A program made the position numbers and the translations under genes. The notes under the pieces were generated by a model. That model did not search any database, had not been told where the DNA came from, and saw only the letters and a program-made list of their open reading frames with translations. From Centroscyllium fabricii (Eukaryota), in NCBI GenBank assembly GCA_051313645.2, contig JBNRSN020000031.1, positions 36,084,001 through 36,148,000 of the forward strand: DNA of 64,000 nucleotides, given 5' to 3'. Each line of letters opens with the position of its first letter. The stretch's first letter is position 1. Below are positions 46,216-58,560 of the stretch, one piece after another.

Positions 46216-46524
46216 TGAGTGTTTACAGCATTTTCTGTTTTTATTAAAGGGCGATTTGCTAGAGGTGTTTAAAACAAATTATGAAGCGATGGACAGGGTG
46301 GATAAAAATGGACTGTCTCCAGTATCTGGACTGTTTCCAGTATCTGAAGGATCTAGACTGGGGGGGATATAAATATTCGATAAAATATTAAGAGATTTGG
46401 AGTAGGGAGTCAGAGAAACCTTTACACACAGAGGGTGTTGAATGAACCATCCGAGTTACTGGTTAAAGCAGAGGTCGTGTCAACTTTTACGAATATGTTA
46501 GAAAGGCGATTGAAGGAAAGGAGT

Positions 46525-47368
46525 AGAAAAGAAAGACCATTTCTGTGGCGCATTTCACGACCACCGGACATCCCAAAGCACTTTACAGCCAATGAAGTAC
46601 TTTTTGAAATAACAACAGAAAATGCTGGAAAACCTGAGCAGGCCCAGCAGCATCCGTGGAGTGAAAGACAGAGTTAACGTTTCGGGTTCGGACCCTTTGT
46701 CAAGACCTTTTGAAGTGTAATCACTGTTGTAATGTAGGAAACGCGGCAGCTGATTTGCGCACAGCAAGCTCCCACAAACAGCAATGTGATAATGACCAGA
46801 TAATCTGTTTTGTGATGTTGGTTGAGGGATAAATATTGGCCCCAGGACACCGGGGAGAACTCCCCCTGCTCTTCTTCAAAATAGTGGCCGTGGGATCTTT
46901 TACATCCACCCGAGAGAGCAGACAGAGCCTCGGTTTAACATCTCATCTGAAAGGCAGCACCTCAGTACTGCCCTGGAGTGCCAGCCTAGATTTTTGTGCT
47001 CAAGTCCCTGGAGTGGGACTTGAACCCACTGTGGTAACCCTGTATTTACCACTTGTTTATTTCAGGATTGTACCAGTAAGGACCTTACTGCATTACTGTA
47101 TATATATATATATCTGTACATACCTGTGTATACCTGGCTGCAGGAACTGCCCCGCCTCTAACTCCTCCCCTCAGGTCGGAGTACATAGGCGGCTGCTCAC
47201 CATCCCCCGGTCATTTACCGTCCTGAGCTCAGCCAAAAACCAGCTCTGTTCTATAGTTAATAAAAGCCTTTAGTTGAGGTAACTATTCGTCTTTGAGTCT
47301 TATTGACGATACGTCACCCACAACCTTCTGACTCAGAGGAGAGTGTGCTGCCCACTGAGCCACGGCTG
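46525..47368 (-). mobile_element. DeuSINE interrupted by a hammerhead-type short element (46610-46708) and a solo LTR
   Basis: Tail, Deu domain and tRNA head are all present on the minus strand. Confidence 0.82.
47030..47316 (+). mobile_element. Solo LTR
   Basis: TG..CA termini; perfect 5-bp TSD CCCAC; AATAAAAGCC. Confidence 0.9.
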
Positions 47369-47586
47369 ATACGATGGGATATAGGAAAAGGATGGGCACG
47401 TGGGATGAGAGCTATCCGTTCCTGTGCTGCAATTTCTATATAATGAAGCACTAATGTAAATAGAAAAAACGCTTCTCTTTCAATAAACAGAGCACTGTTG
47501 GACATCACTTCAAAATTGATTACTAGAGAATCTAAGATTCAAAATACATTGAGGAATGCTGTAAATTGGGATGTTCTCGGAATCTC

Positions 47587-47930
47587 TGCAAGAAGTCACA
47601 CAACGCCAGGTTATAGTCCAACAGTTTTACTTTAAATCACAAGCTTTCGGAGCTTCTGCCCCTTCGTCAGGTGAAAGAGAAGTTGATTTAAAGAACGCAC
47701 ATATGGGAGGAAGAGAGAAATCTGATCCCCCACATCTCACCTTAGCAGAGACAGACAGAGCAGACAAAGGCGTATTAACATATTTTAACATATCAGTCTG
47801 AGATCAATGAGGCACAGTCAGAAGGGGTCAAATGCTGCAAAACACACAGAATGATTTTTTTTTTTTTTAAAGGAATTTTCTTACAAGACAGAGATGTCTC
47901 TAGTCTGGATGACTCTACGTCAGGCAGGGT
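47587..47930 (-). mobile_element. Penelope pseudo-LTR, single arm
   Basis: Colinear with 34637-34976. Confidence 0.82.
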
Positions 47931-48712
47931 CTCAGAATCTCTGCTTTGGGGATGTTTAGAAGGGTGCATTTTCTAGTTGCGTTGAGCCAGAATGCCTGTG
48001 GTTTAATTTTGATGATGGTGACGTAATGTGTTGTTCAATTTTGGCAATTCTGATTCTGAAAACTGCCCAAAAAAATTATTTTCACTTGTTTTTGTTACCC
48101 ACACACATGCCGAACGCAGCCCTTGTGGAGAAACTGTTGTAATGAGATGTCGAAAGTACTTTAAAATCAAGACTGCGGACACTTTTTTTCAAACAAAAAA
48201 AATTACAAGCACATATTTGTAGAATATAGAACTAATTGAACCCTCAAGTAGAAGGAATTAAAGACAAAATTGGAATTTACCCTTGCAATAATGTAGTGCT
48301 GTACATCTGTTAAGTGGATAATGCATTTGCCTTTTTATGAGATTTTTTTAAAGTAATCTCCTGTTTAAAAAGTACAGTCTACTCTTAATTCTTTTCACCA
48401 AAACATCTAATCTAATTAAGCAACATAAATAAAGATGAGCGTTTTGTAGAAGGCTTTCGACACGAAACTTTGACTCTGTTTCTCTCTCCACGGATGTTGC
48501 CTGGCCTGCTGAGTTTTTCCAGCGTTTTCTGTTATTAAAGATGAGAGTGTTGTCATATGAGGAGAAATTAAGTTGATTGGGCCGGTCCACTCTGGAGTTT
48601 AGAAGAATGAGAGGTAACCTCATTGAAACACATAAGATTCTGAGGGGGATTGACAGGGTAGATGCTGAGAGATTGTTTTCCCTGGCTGGTGAGTCTAGAA
48701 TTAGGGGTCATA

Positions 48713-49564
48713 GGCGTCAGTTTTCCCGTAGGTGCGGGGAATTGGCGGGTTTCGGGCGGGTCAGGTTTCTGACCCAAATGTTGAAGGGCCTGGGAGGCCC
48801 ACGCAATTTTGGCTCAATTGGCCAATGAATTCCCCGCGTGTGGGAAGCCTTGCCTCAACACTGTTTCCAGCCAGAAAGCCGGCGGGTTTTGGCTGTTTAA
48901 GCAGCAGAGCCGTTGGCCTACTGAAACCACAGAGATGGAGTGACAGCTGCTGTCTGTTTCACTGGATTATAAAAGAGGTCTGTGACATCACAATGGGTAC
49001 TCTAAACCACAGAGATTGAGTGACAGCTGCTGTCTGTTTCTCTGGCTGCCTGCTCCAGCAGAGCCATTTCATTGAGAACTTAGGTGCTATCTGTCAAAAC
49101 AGCCACAACGTGAGTTAGTGAACGCTTTTCTCCCACTGATCTTTTGCACCCTAGGGATACAGTTAGTGCCGATGCAGGCTGGAGTCCAGGGACGTCTTCA
49201 GCTGCAGCTGCTTCAAGGATAGCCAGGAAGTCACTAGTATCCCTGCCAGGTTTCACCGGCGGGGTTTCCAGCTGGCGGGTTTTGCGTGGGAAAAGGCTGA
49301 AAATCGTGGGGGGCCCTTAAAATGGCATTATACATGCCAATTAAGGGTCCCTAATGAGTCTAATGATCATCCCCGCCGGCAAGAAGGATTCGGGGCGCGT
49401 AGACACGGTGGCGGGAGATCGCAAAGCGGTGGGGATCCGGCGGGGGAATAGGTTGGGACTCTTCTCTCCCCCCCCCCCCCCCCCACCCCCCCTCCCCTGG
49501 TTTTGCAATTTTGCGGCCCGGCCCGCCGAAACGCCCGCCTCAAGGCTCAATGAAAATTGACACC
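48713..49564. mobile_element. GC-rich Harbinger-like MITE inside a CR1 fragment (48540-50880)
   Basis: TIRs GGCGTCAGTTTTC / GAAAATTGACACC; 3-bp TSD ATA. Confidence 0.75.
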
Positions 49565-49599
49565 ATAGTCTCTGGATTAAGGGGTCAGCCATTTAGGAA

Positions 49600-50661
49600 T
49601 AATGGAATAAACGGGTCTTTTTCCAAGTGGCAGGCAGTGACTAGTGGGGTACCGCAGGGATTGGTCCTAGGACCCCAGCTATTCACAATATATATTAATG
49701 ATATAGACGAGGGAACTAGATGTAATATCTCCAAGTTTGCAGATGACACAAAGCTGGGTGGGCGTGTGTGCTGTGAGGAGGATGCCAAGAAACTCCAGTA
49801 TGATTTGGACAGGTTGGGTGATTGGGCAGATGCATGGCAGATGCAGTATAATGTGGATAAATGCGACATTATCCACTTTGGTGGCAAAAACAGGAAGGCA
49901 GATTATTATCTGAATGGCAATAGATTGGGAGAAGGGGAGGTGCAACGAGACCTGGGTGTCCTTGTGCACCAGTCGCTGAAGGTAAGCATGCAGGTGCAGC
50001 AGGCAGTTAAGAAAGCAAATGGTATGTTGGCCTTCGTAGCGAGAGGATTTGAGTACAGGAACAAGGAGGTCTTGCTGCAGTTGTACAGGGCCTTCGTGAG
50101 ACCACACCTTGAGTACTGTGTGCAGTTTTGGTCGCCTGAGGAAGGATGTTCTTGCCATGGAGGGAGTGCAGCGAAGATTCACCAGACTGATACCTGGGAT
50201 GGCAGGAATGACGTATGAGGAGAGATTGAGGCGATTGGGCTTTTTCTCGCTGGAGTTTAGAAGAATGAGAGGGGATCTCATTGAAATTTATAAAATTATA
50301 ACAGGACTAGACAGACTAGACGCAGGAAGGATGTTCTCAATGGCGGGGAGTCCAGAACCAGGGGTCGCAATCTAAAGATAAGGTGTAAGCCATTTAGGAC
50401 AGAGATGAGGAGGAATCTCTTCACCCAGAGAGTGGTGAACATGTGGAATTCTCTACCACACAAGGCAGTTGAGGCCAATTCATTAAATATATTCAAGAAG
50501 GAGTTGGATGTAATTCTTAAGGCTAAAGGGATCAAGGGATACGGGGAGAAGGCAGGTACGGGGTATTGAATTTGAATGATCAGCCATGATCTCATTGAAT
50601 GGCGGAGCAGGCACGAGGGGCCGAATGGCCAACTCCTGCTCCTATCTTCTATGTTTCTATG
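49600..50661 (+). mobile_element. CR1 3' fragment nested in another CR1
   Basis: GVPQGLVLGPQLF, KFADDTK, RPHLEYCVQFWSP; CTATGTTTCTATG tail. Confidence 0.92.
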
Positions 50662-51556
50662 AAATTAGGAGTAATTTCTTTACTCAGTGGTTGTGAATGT
50701 TTGCAATTCTCTGCCCCAGAGGGCTGTGAATGCTGAGTCTTTGAGTATATTCAAGGCTGAGATCGCTGGATTTTTGGACTCATGGGGAATCAAGGGATAT
50801 GGGGATTGGGCGGGAGAGTGGAATTGGGGTCAAAGATCAGCCATGATCTCATTGAATGGCGGGACAGGCTTGAGGGGCCGTACATCAACAGACTGGATCC
50901 TCCGATCCGTGTCCACTATCTGACACTGCTCTGGAAATTACCTGCTCTGCACACGTTATCGATCAGTCGTTTCCTTGCCCCCTCAATCCCCGTGCATTTG
51001 TGCTGGGTTGACTGAAGATGAGGCCCTGCACAACAAGTGTGGCGAGGGAGGCCTGTTTGATGTAGGCTGTTCCTGTCTATCGAGTGGCCAGTTACAGATT
51101 GATGATGCCCGTCTGTCTGTCCTTTCTGTGTTTGATGGTGACCATCTATCCATTGTGTCTGGCGGCAAAGGATATGATAAATTTCAAAGCAATTAGAGAG
51201 GCTGGTGTACATGTGGAAAAGATTGCATTTCCTCTGGACTGTGGCAGATTTAAGGTACTAATTTTAATTTGCAGTACAGTCAGTGTAAATCCAAACAATT
51301 GATTATGGTGCTCAAGGGGATCTTGTTTCCACCCCAGCCTGTGGTGTAATATAAGGCTTTGTGTGATCTGGCAGCAAGAACAATTGTGTGACTGACCATT
51401 CTTTACTTTGTTTTCCTTTATTACTTTTATCACCTTTTGGGAATTAAATTAATTAAATGACAAGTCTCACAATGTAGAATGGCCGACTGTGAAATCTCTA
51501 TTATGCTAAATCCGTTTTGTGGTGTTTCCAGGACGACGCAGAATTTAGCAGAAGTA

Positions 51557-51817
51557 AACATAGAAACATAGAAACTAGGAGCAGGAGTAGGCCATTTGGC
51601 CCTTCGAGCCTGCTCCGCCATTCAATGAGATCATGGCTGATCATCCAAACCCAGCACCCTGTCCCTGCCCTCTCCCCATATCCCTCGATCCCTATCGAGC
51701 CTGCACCGACACATATCCCATCCTATCCCCGTAACCCCACATATTCAATCAACCTAACACTAACACTAAGGGTCAATTTATCCTGGCCAATCAACCTAAC
51801 CCGCACATCTTTGGACT
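51557..51817 (-). mobile_element. HE1-like SINE 3' part
   Basis: Matches the other copies. Confidence 0.88.
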
Positions 51818-51893
51818 GAGTTGTGAGTTGTCGTGGTAACTGAACACAGGATAGGGAAGGTGGCTACAGCTCAATTCATGCTGTTTGCTCTCC

Positions 51894-52381
51894 ATGATGT
51901 GGAGGTGCCGGTGTTGGACTGGGGTGGACAAATGCAAGAAGTCACACAACACCAGGTTATAGCCCAACAGTTTTATTTTAAATCACAAGCTTTCGGAGCG
52001 TCTGCCCCTTCGTCAGGTGAAGTGTCGAGATTCATTTAAACATAGCACATATATAGAGAGAGAGAACAATGTGGTCTCTCCAGCTGTTTCACATCACACC
52101 TCAGCTGAGGGACATCAAAGCAATCAAAGGTGTTCTAACATATCACCCTTTGATCTCAGGCTGACTGATATGTTAGAACACCTTTGATTGCTTTGATGTC
52201 CCTCAGCTGAGGTGTGATGTGAAACAGCGGGAGAGACCACCTTGTTCTCTCTCTCGATATATGCTATGTTTAAATGAATCTCGACACTTCACCTGAGGAA
52301 GGGGCAGATGCTCCGAAAGCTTGTGATTTAAAATAAAACTGTTGGACTATAACCTGGTGTTGTGTGACCTCTTGCGTTTGC
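51894..52381. mobile_element. Fold-back Penelope insertion
   Basis: ~215-bp inverted arms (51929-52145 / 52166-52380), ~20-nt spacer, ~35-nt one-sided extension. Confidence 0.88.
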
Positions 52382-52637
52382 AAGCAAGGTAGAGCTAACA
52401 TGTGTAAACGTGCAGTCGTTATTGGTTGCTAGCAGAGGATGGGATACTCCTGGTTGTTTTAAATAGTGGATCAGGCTCTAAGCTGCTTCATGATGCAGAA
52501 GACAAGTTTTAGGTCAGTGTTGAAGAGGAGTGTCCTGATCACATTAACCTTCCTCCAGTTCTTTTTTAATTTTCATGATGAGAAACTATCCCTTTTGTTT
52601 ATTTATTTAAGGGATGAATTTAAAATTTCTCATTACC

Positions 52638-53535
52638 TAGGAACAGGAGGCGGCCATTCAGCCCCTCGAGCCTGTTCCGTCATTCGATGAGATCGTGGCT
52701 GATCTGCGACCTAACTCCAGACACCCGCCTTTGCCCCGTATCCCTTAATACCTCTGGTTAACAGAAATCTATTAATCTCAGATTTAAAATTAACAATTGT
52801 CCCAGCATCAATTGCCGTTTGTGGAAGATAGTTCCAAACTTCTACCACCCTTTGTGTGTCGAAGTGTTTCCTAATTTCACTCCTGAAAGGTCTGGCTCTA
52901 ATTTTTAGACTACGCCCCCGAGTCCGAGACTCCCCAACCAGCGGAAATAGTTTCTCTCGATCTACCCTATCAGTTCCCCTTAATCTCCTGAAAACTTTGA
53001 TTAAATCACCTGTTAACCTTCAAAATTCCAGGGAATACAACCCCAGTTTGTCTAATCTCTCTTCGTAATTTAACCCTTGAAGTCTGGGTATCATTCTGGT
53101 AAACCTACGCTGCGCTCCCTCCCAGGCCAGGGTGGCACAGTGGTTAGCATTGTTGCCTCACAGCACTGGAGACCCGGGTTCAAATCCAGCCTTGGGTACT
53201 ATCTGTGTGGAGTTTGCACATTCTTCCCGTGTCTGCGTGGGTTTCCTCCAGGTGCTCCGGTTTCCTCCCACAGTCCAAAGATGTGCGGGTTAGGTTGATT
53301 GGCCAGGATAAATTGACCCTTAGTGTTAGGGGGATTAAATATGTGGGGTTACGGGGATAGGGTGGGATATGTGTTGATGCAGGCTCGATAGGGATCGAGC
53401 GATATGGGGAGAGGGCAGGTGCGGGATACTGGGTTTGGATGATCAGCCATGATCTCGTTGAATGGCGGAGCAGGCTCGAAGGGCCGAATGGCCTACTCCT
53501 GCTCTTAGTTTCTATGTTTCTATGTCTATGTTTCT
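52638..53535. mobile_element. CR1 3' fragment (minus, 52638-53128) joined to a full HE1-like SINE (plus, 53130-53535)
   Basis: CR1 C-terminus and tail; SINE head, V core and tail. Confidence 0.85.
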
Positions 53536-53574
53536 ATATCCTTCCGAAGGTGTGGTGCCTCAAACTATTTCATT

Positions 53575-54335
53575 GGCCCAGAAATTGCAGTGGAGCCTTC
53601 GTGCGGGTGCAGTACCTGCTTAACGCACTTGAACTGCCCATATTCAGTTTTGCTTTTGTGCACTCAGAAATTCCCGTTAGCCCAGCCTGTCAGAGCTCCG
53701 TGCGAGTTTCATGGGCATCTGAAGGGCGTAATTAGTGCGAGGTGGCTTTTGAGACCAGCTGATTGGCAGGGAGCCAATCAGTGGAAGCAATTCTCCGTTC
53801 AAAACTTCCACAGAGAAATCTGTGCGAGTTTTGAAAAGAGAGATTCCCAAAAGACATCTAAACACAAAAATAAAATTTTACAAACACCACATTTTTTAAA
53901 CATTAACCCAACTAACACAAATAACTTATTTTAAAGAAAAAATAAAAAAATTCTGCAAATTTTTTCAACTTCCAACAGGTCTAAAAAAATACTTACCTGT
54001 CTTTAAAGTTATCAACAAATAAAAACCTGAAGAAACAACAATTAAAATCAATAAAATACACACTTACCAGATAAAAACGGGTGTTTACGACTGCTATTTT
54101 CCAGCGTTGAATTCTCTTCTCTTGGTCCGTAGAAAAAGTTTTTAAAAAACATCGGAAAGTCTGTGCGCTCCCGTAGTTCGCTGCCTCCTGCGCTGGACCT
54201 CGCAGGAAGCAGCGACCCCCCCCGCTGGGCAGCACAGGAAATCCCGAAGCGTGCGCTCCGGCTGCTTCCTGCGGGTTTAAGCTCTGGTGCGCTCACACCA
54301 TAAACCCGATATGCGCTGACGGGAATTTCTGGGCC
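53575..54335. mobile_element. Harbinger-like MITE
   Basis: TIRs GGCCCAGAAATT / AATTTCTGGGCC; 3-bp TSD ATT. Confidence 0.82.
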
Positions 54336-54479
54336 ATTATATTTGAAAGGAGTGTACTGGAAGACGATAGTAGTACTTGCACCACAGAATATTCATTTAT
54401 TTGGAAAAGATAAAATTATAATTATAGGTGATCAATTTTAAAATATTTTCTTGCATTAATGTAGATCTGCTCAAGGCTG

Positions 54480-54930
54480 CAGAGCTTCCGGTCACCTGTC
54501 ACGTTAATGCTCCACTCCGCTCCCACTCTGACCTCTCTGTCCTCGGCCTCTTGCATTGTTCCAACGAAGCTCAACGTAAGCTCGAGGAACAGCACCTCAC
54601 CTTTCGCTGAGGCATTTTACAGCCTTCTGGACTCAACATCGAGTTCAACAATTTCAGACCATAACCTCGGCCCCTATTTTTTCACATTGCAGCTCTTGCT
54701 GGTTCCACCATTTCCATTTACACCTCTTCTCGATCCATTTTTTGTTTCTTTACTTGTCCCATTAACACCCCCTTTTGTCATTTAACCTCTCCTGCCTTCC
54801 GCCCTATCACAGACCTTCCCTTTTATTCTTTCTTCCCCTCCCCCCTTTCCCCGCCTCTGCACCTGCTTAAAATCTGTTACATCTCGAACCTTCTTCAGTT
54901 CGGACGAAAGGTCATCAACCTGAAACGTGA
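54480..54930 (+). mobile_element. Penelope-like element 3' end (second family); remainder at ~55815-55875
   Basis: LPVTCHVN..HSDLSVLGL..RKLEEQHLTFR*GILQPSGLNIEFNNF, typical of a PLE endonuclease C-terminus, followed by GACGAAAGGTCATCAACCTGAAACGT. Confidence 0.8.
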
Positions 54931-55805
54931 TGATACTGTGGCTACAAGAGCAGGCCAGAGGCTGGGAATTCTGCAGCGAGTGTCTCACCTCCCGACTCCC
55001 CAAAGCCTTTCCACCATCTACAAGGCACAAGTCAGGATTGTAGCGTAGTCGCTAACTCAATTAAAAGGCGACTCGTAAGTACCGAAATACAAGGCTTTTA
55101 ATTGATAAAGAATGGAGCTAGTCTCCTTACAAGTTCACATACAAGAATGAAGGGGCTGGGTCTGGCCACACCTTATATCGGTGTCCCCACCTGGGGAGGA
55201 GTCGAGGCTGTGGCTGACCTGGCTCCCAGCAGTACAATGGCACTTATACAATGGTAACCATATAAGGGTTACCACAAGGAGTGTGATGGAATACTCTCCA
55301 CTTGCCTGGGTGAGTGCAGCTCCAACAATACTCAAGAAGCTCGACACCATTCAGGATAAAGCAGGCCGCTTGATTGGCTCTCCATCCACCACCTTCAACA
55401 TTCACTCCCTCCACCACCGGCGCACTGTGGCTGCAGTGTGTACCATCTACAAGATGCACTGCAGCAACTCGCCAAAGCTCCTTCAACAGCACCTTCCAAA
55501 CCCGCGACCTCTACCGCTTAGAAGGACAAGGGCAGCAGACGCATGGGAACAACAGCACCTACAAGTTCCCCTCCAAGCCACACACCATCCTGACTTGGAC
55601 CTGTATCGCCGCTCCTTCACTGTCGCTGGGCCAAAATCCTGGAACTCCCTTCCTAACAACATTGTGGGTGTACCTACACCATACAGACTGCAGCGGTTCA
55701 AGAAGGCGGCTCACCACCATCTTCTCAAGGGCAATTAGGGATGGGCACTAAATGCAGGCCTAGCCAGCCAGCGACGCCCACATCCCATCAATGGATTAAA
55801 AAAAT
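54931..55805 (+). mobile_element. CR1/L2-group LINE 3' fragment containing a solo LTR (55039-55276)
   Basis: IYKAQVRSVMEYSPLAW..KSWNSLP..FKKAAHHHL; the LTR has TG..CA termini and TSD AGGAT/AGGAG. Confidence 0.85.
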
Positions 55806-58299
55806 GTTTTTAAAAAGCTGTTTCTCTCTCCACAAATGTTGCCTGACCTGCTGAGTGTTTTCAGCATTCTCTGCTTTTGCTGTTCGTTACTGTTCTAACA
55901 GCCATTAGAAACATCGAAGATAGGAGCAGGAGTCGGCCATTCGGCCCCTCGAGCCTGCTCCGCCATTCAATGAGATCATGGCTGATCATCCAAATTCAAT
56001 ACCCTGTTCCTACCTTCTCCCCATATCCCTTGATCCCTTTAGCCTTAAGAAATATATCTAACTCCTTCTTGAATATATTTAATGAAGTGGCCTCTACTGC
56101 CATGTGTGGTAGAGAATTCCACAGGTTCACCACTCTCTGGGTGAAGAAATTCCTCCTCATCTTGTCCTAAATGGCTTACCCCTTATCGTTAGACTGTGAC
56201 CCCTGGTTCTGGACTCCCTGACCGTCGGGAACATCCTTCCTGCATCTAGTCTGTCCAGTCCTGTTAGAATGTTATAAGTTTCAATGAGATCCCCTCTCAT
56301 TCTTCTAAACACCAGTGAGTATAAGCCAAATCAACCCAATCGCTCGTCATATGTCATTCCTGCCATCCCAGGTATCAGCCTGGTGAATCTTCGCTGCACT
56401 TCCCCCATGGCAAGAAAATCGTTCCTCAGAAAAGGCGACCAAATCTGCACACAATACTCAAGGTGTGGTCTCACCAAGGTACAACTGCAGCAAGAAATCC
56501 TTGTTCCTGTACTTGAATCCTCTCGCTACAAACGGCGGCACGGTGGCATAGTGGTTAGCACTGTTGCCTTACAGCACTAGAGACCCGGGTTCAAATCCAG
56601 CCTCGGGTACTATCTGTGTGGAGTTTACACATTCTCCCCATGTCTGCGTGGGTTTCCTCCAGGTGCTCCAGTTTCCTCCCACAGTCCAAAGATGTGCGGG
56701 TTAGGTTGATTGGACATGATAAATTGACCCTTAGTGTTAGGGGGATTGAATATGTGGGGTTGCAGGGATAGGGTGGGATGTGCGTCGCAGGCTCGATAGG
56801 AATCGAGGGATATGGGGACAAGGCAGGGACAGGGTACTGGGTTTGGATCAGCCATGATCTCATTGAATGGCGGAGCAGGCTCGAAGGGCCGAATGGCCTA
56901 CTCCTGCTCCTATCTTCTATGTTTCTATGTCTATGTAACATACCATTTGCCTTCTTAACCGCCTGGTGCACCTGCATGCTTACCTTCAGCGACTGGTGCA
57001 CAAGGACACCCAGGTCTCATTGCACTTCCCCTTCTCCCAATCTATTGCCATTCATATAATAATCTGCCTTCCTGTTTTTGCCACCAAAGTGGATAACCTC
57101 ACATTTATCCACATTATACTGCATCTGCCCAATCAAACAACCTGTCCAAATCATACTGGAGTTTCTCGGCATCCTCCTCACAGCACACACGCCCACCCAG
57201 CTTTGTGTCGTCTGCAAACATGGAGATATTACATCGAGTTCCCTCATCTAGATCATTAATATATATTGTGAATAGCTGGGGTCCAAGGACCGATCCCTGC
57301 GGTACCCCACTAGTCACTGCCTGCCACTCAGAAAAAGACCCATTTTTTCCAACTCTTTGCTTTCTGTCTGCCAACCAGTTCTTTATCCAAGTCAATGCCT
57401 TGCCCCCAATCTCATGTGCCTTAACTTTACATGCTAATCTCTTATACGGGACCTTATCGAACGCCTTTTGAAAGTCCAAATACACCACATCCACTGGTTC
57501 TCCCTTAACTATTTTACCAGTTACATCCTCAAAAAATTCCAGTAGATTAGTCGAGCACGATTTACCCTCTGTAATCGATGTTGACTTTGTCCAATACGGT
57601 CACTGTTTTCCACGTGCTCAGCTATTACATCTTTTTTAATGGACTCTAGCATTTTCCCCACTACCGATGTCAGGCTTACTAGTCTGTAATTCCCCGTTTT
57701 CTCTCTACCACCTTTTTTGAATAGTGGGGTAACATTAGTTTCCCTCCAATCCATGGGTACTGTTCCAGAGTCTGTCGAATTTTGGAAGATGACCAGCAAT
57801 GCATCTACTATTTCTAGAGCCACTTACTTAAGTACCCTAGAATGTAGATTATTAGACCCTGGGGATATATCGGCCTTCAATCCCATCAATTTCCCTAACA
57901 CCATTTCCCTACAAATACTGACTTCTTTCAGTTCCTCCCTTTCATCAGACCCTATGTTCCTTGACAACACTGGGAGGTTATTTGTGTCCTCCTTTGTGAA
58001 GCCAGAACCAAAGTATGTATTTAATTGGTCAGCCATTTCTTTGTTCCCCATTACAAATTTCCCTGATTCTGACTACCAGGGACCTACGCTTGACTTCACC
58101 AATCTTTTTCTCTTCACATATCTATAAAAGCTTTTACAGTCAGTTTTTATGTTCCCTGCGAGCGTACTCTCATAATCTATTTTCCCCCTCTTAATTAATC
58201 CCTTTGTCCTCCTTTGTTGAATCCTAAACTGCTCCCAGTCGTCAGGTTTACTGCTTTTTCTGGCCAATTTATATGTCCTCTCCATGGATCTTATGCTAT

Positions 58300-58518
58300 T
58301 GTAGCGCCGGCAGGCCTAGGAACCACACGTGAGCCAGAGCTAGAGAAAACACAGCTTTATTACACTAAGTCAAAACAAGAAAGAGAGTGAACCACTCGAG
58401 ACAGGCATATTTAAACGGTCCCGCGGTTGGTGACGTCATCGCGTCACCCGGATGAGCGGGGCTTTGCTCCGCGGAGTCCCCATGGCGGATTCGATGTCCC
58501 AGTGGGCGTACCGCCACA
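58300..58518 (-). repeat. 3' LTR (219 bp)
   Basis: Direct repeat of 62433-62677; preceded on the minus strand by the PPT TGGGGGGAGCTG. Confidence 0.95.
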
Positions 58519-58560
58519 CAGCTCCCCCCAGAATCCGTCCGGGAGGAATAGTGACAGTGT

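Noticed and set aside
50975-51196. Possible host exon in unique sequence
   Set aside because: There is no recognisable motif and no convincing splice-site pair on either strand.
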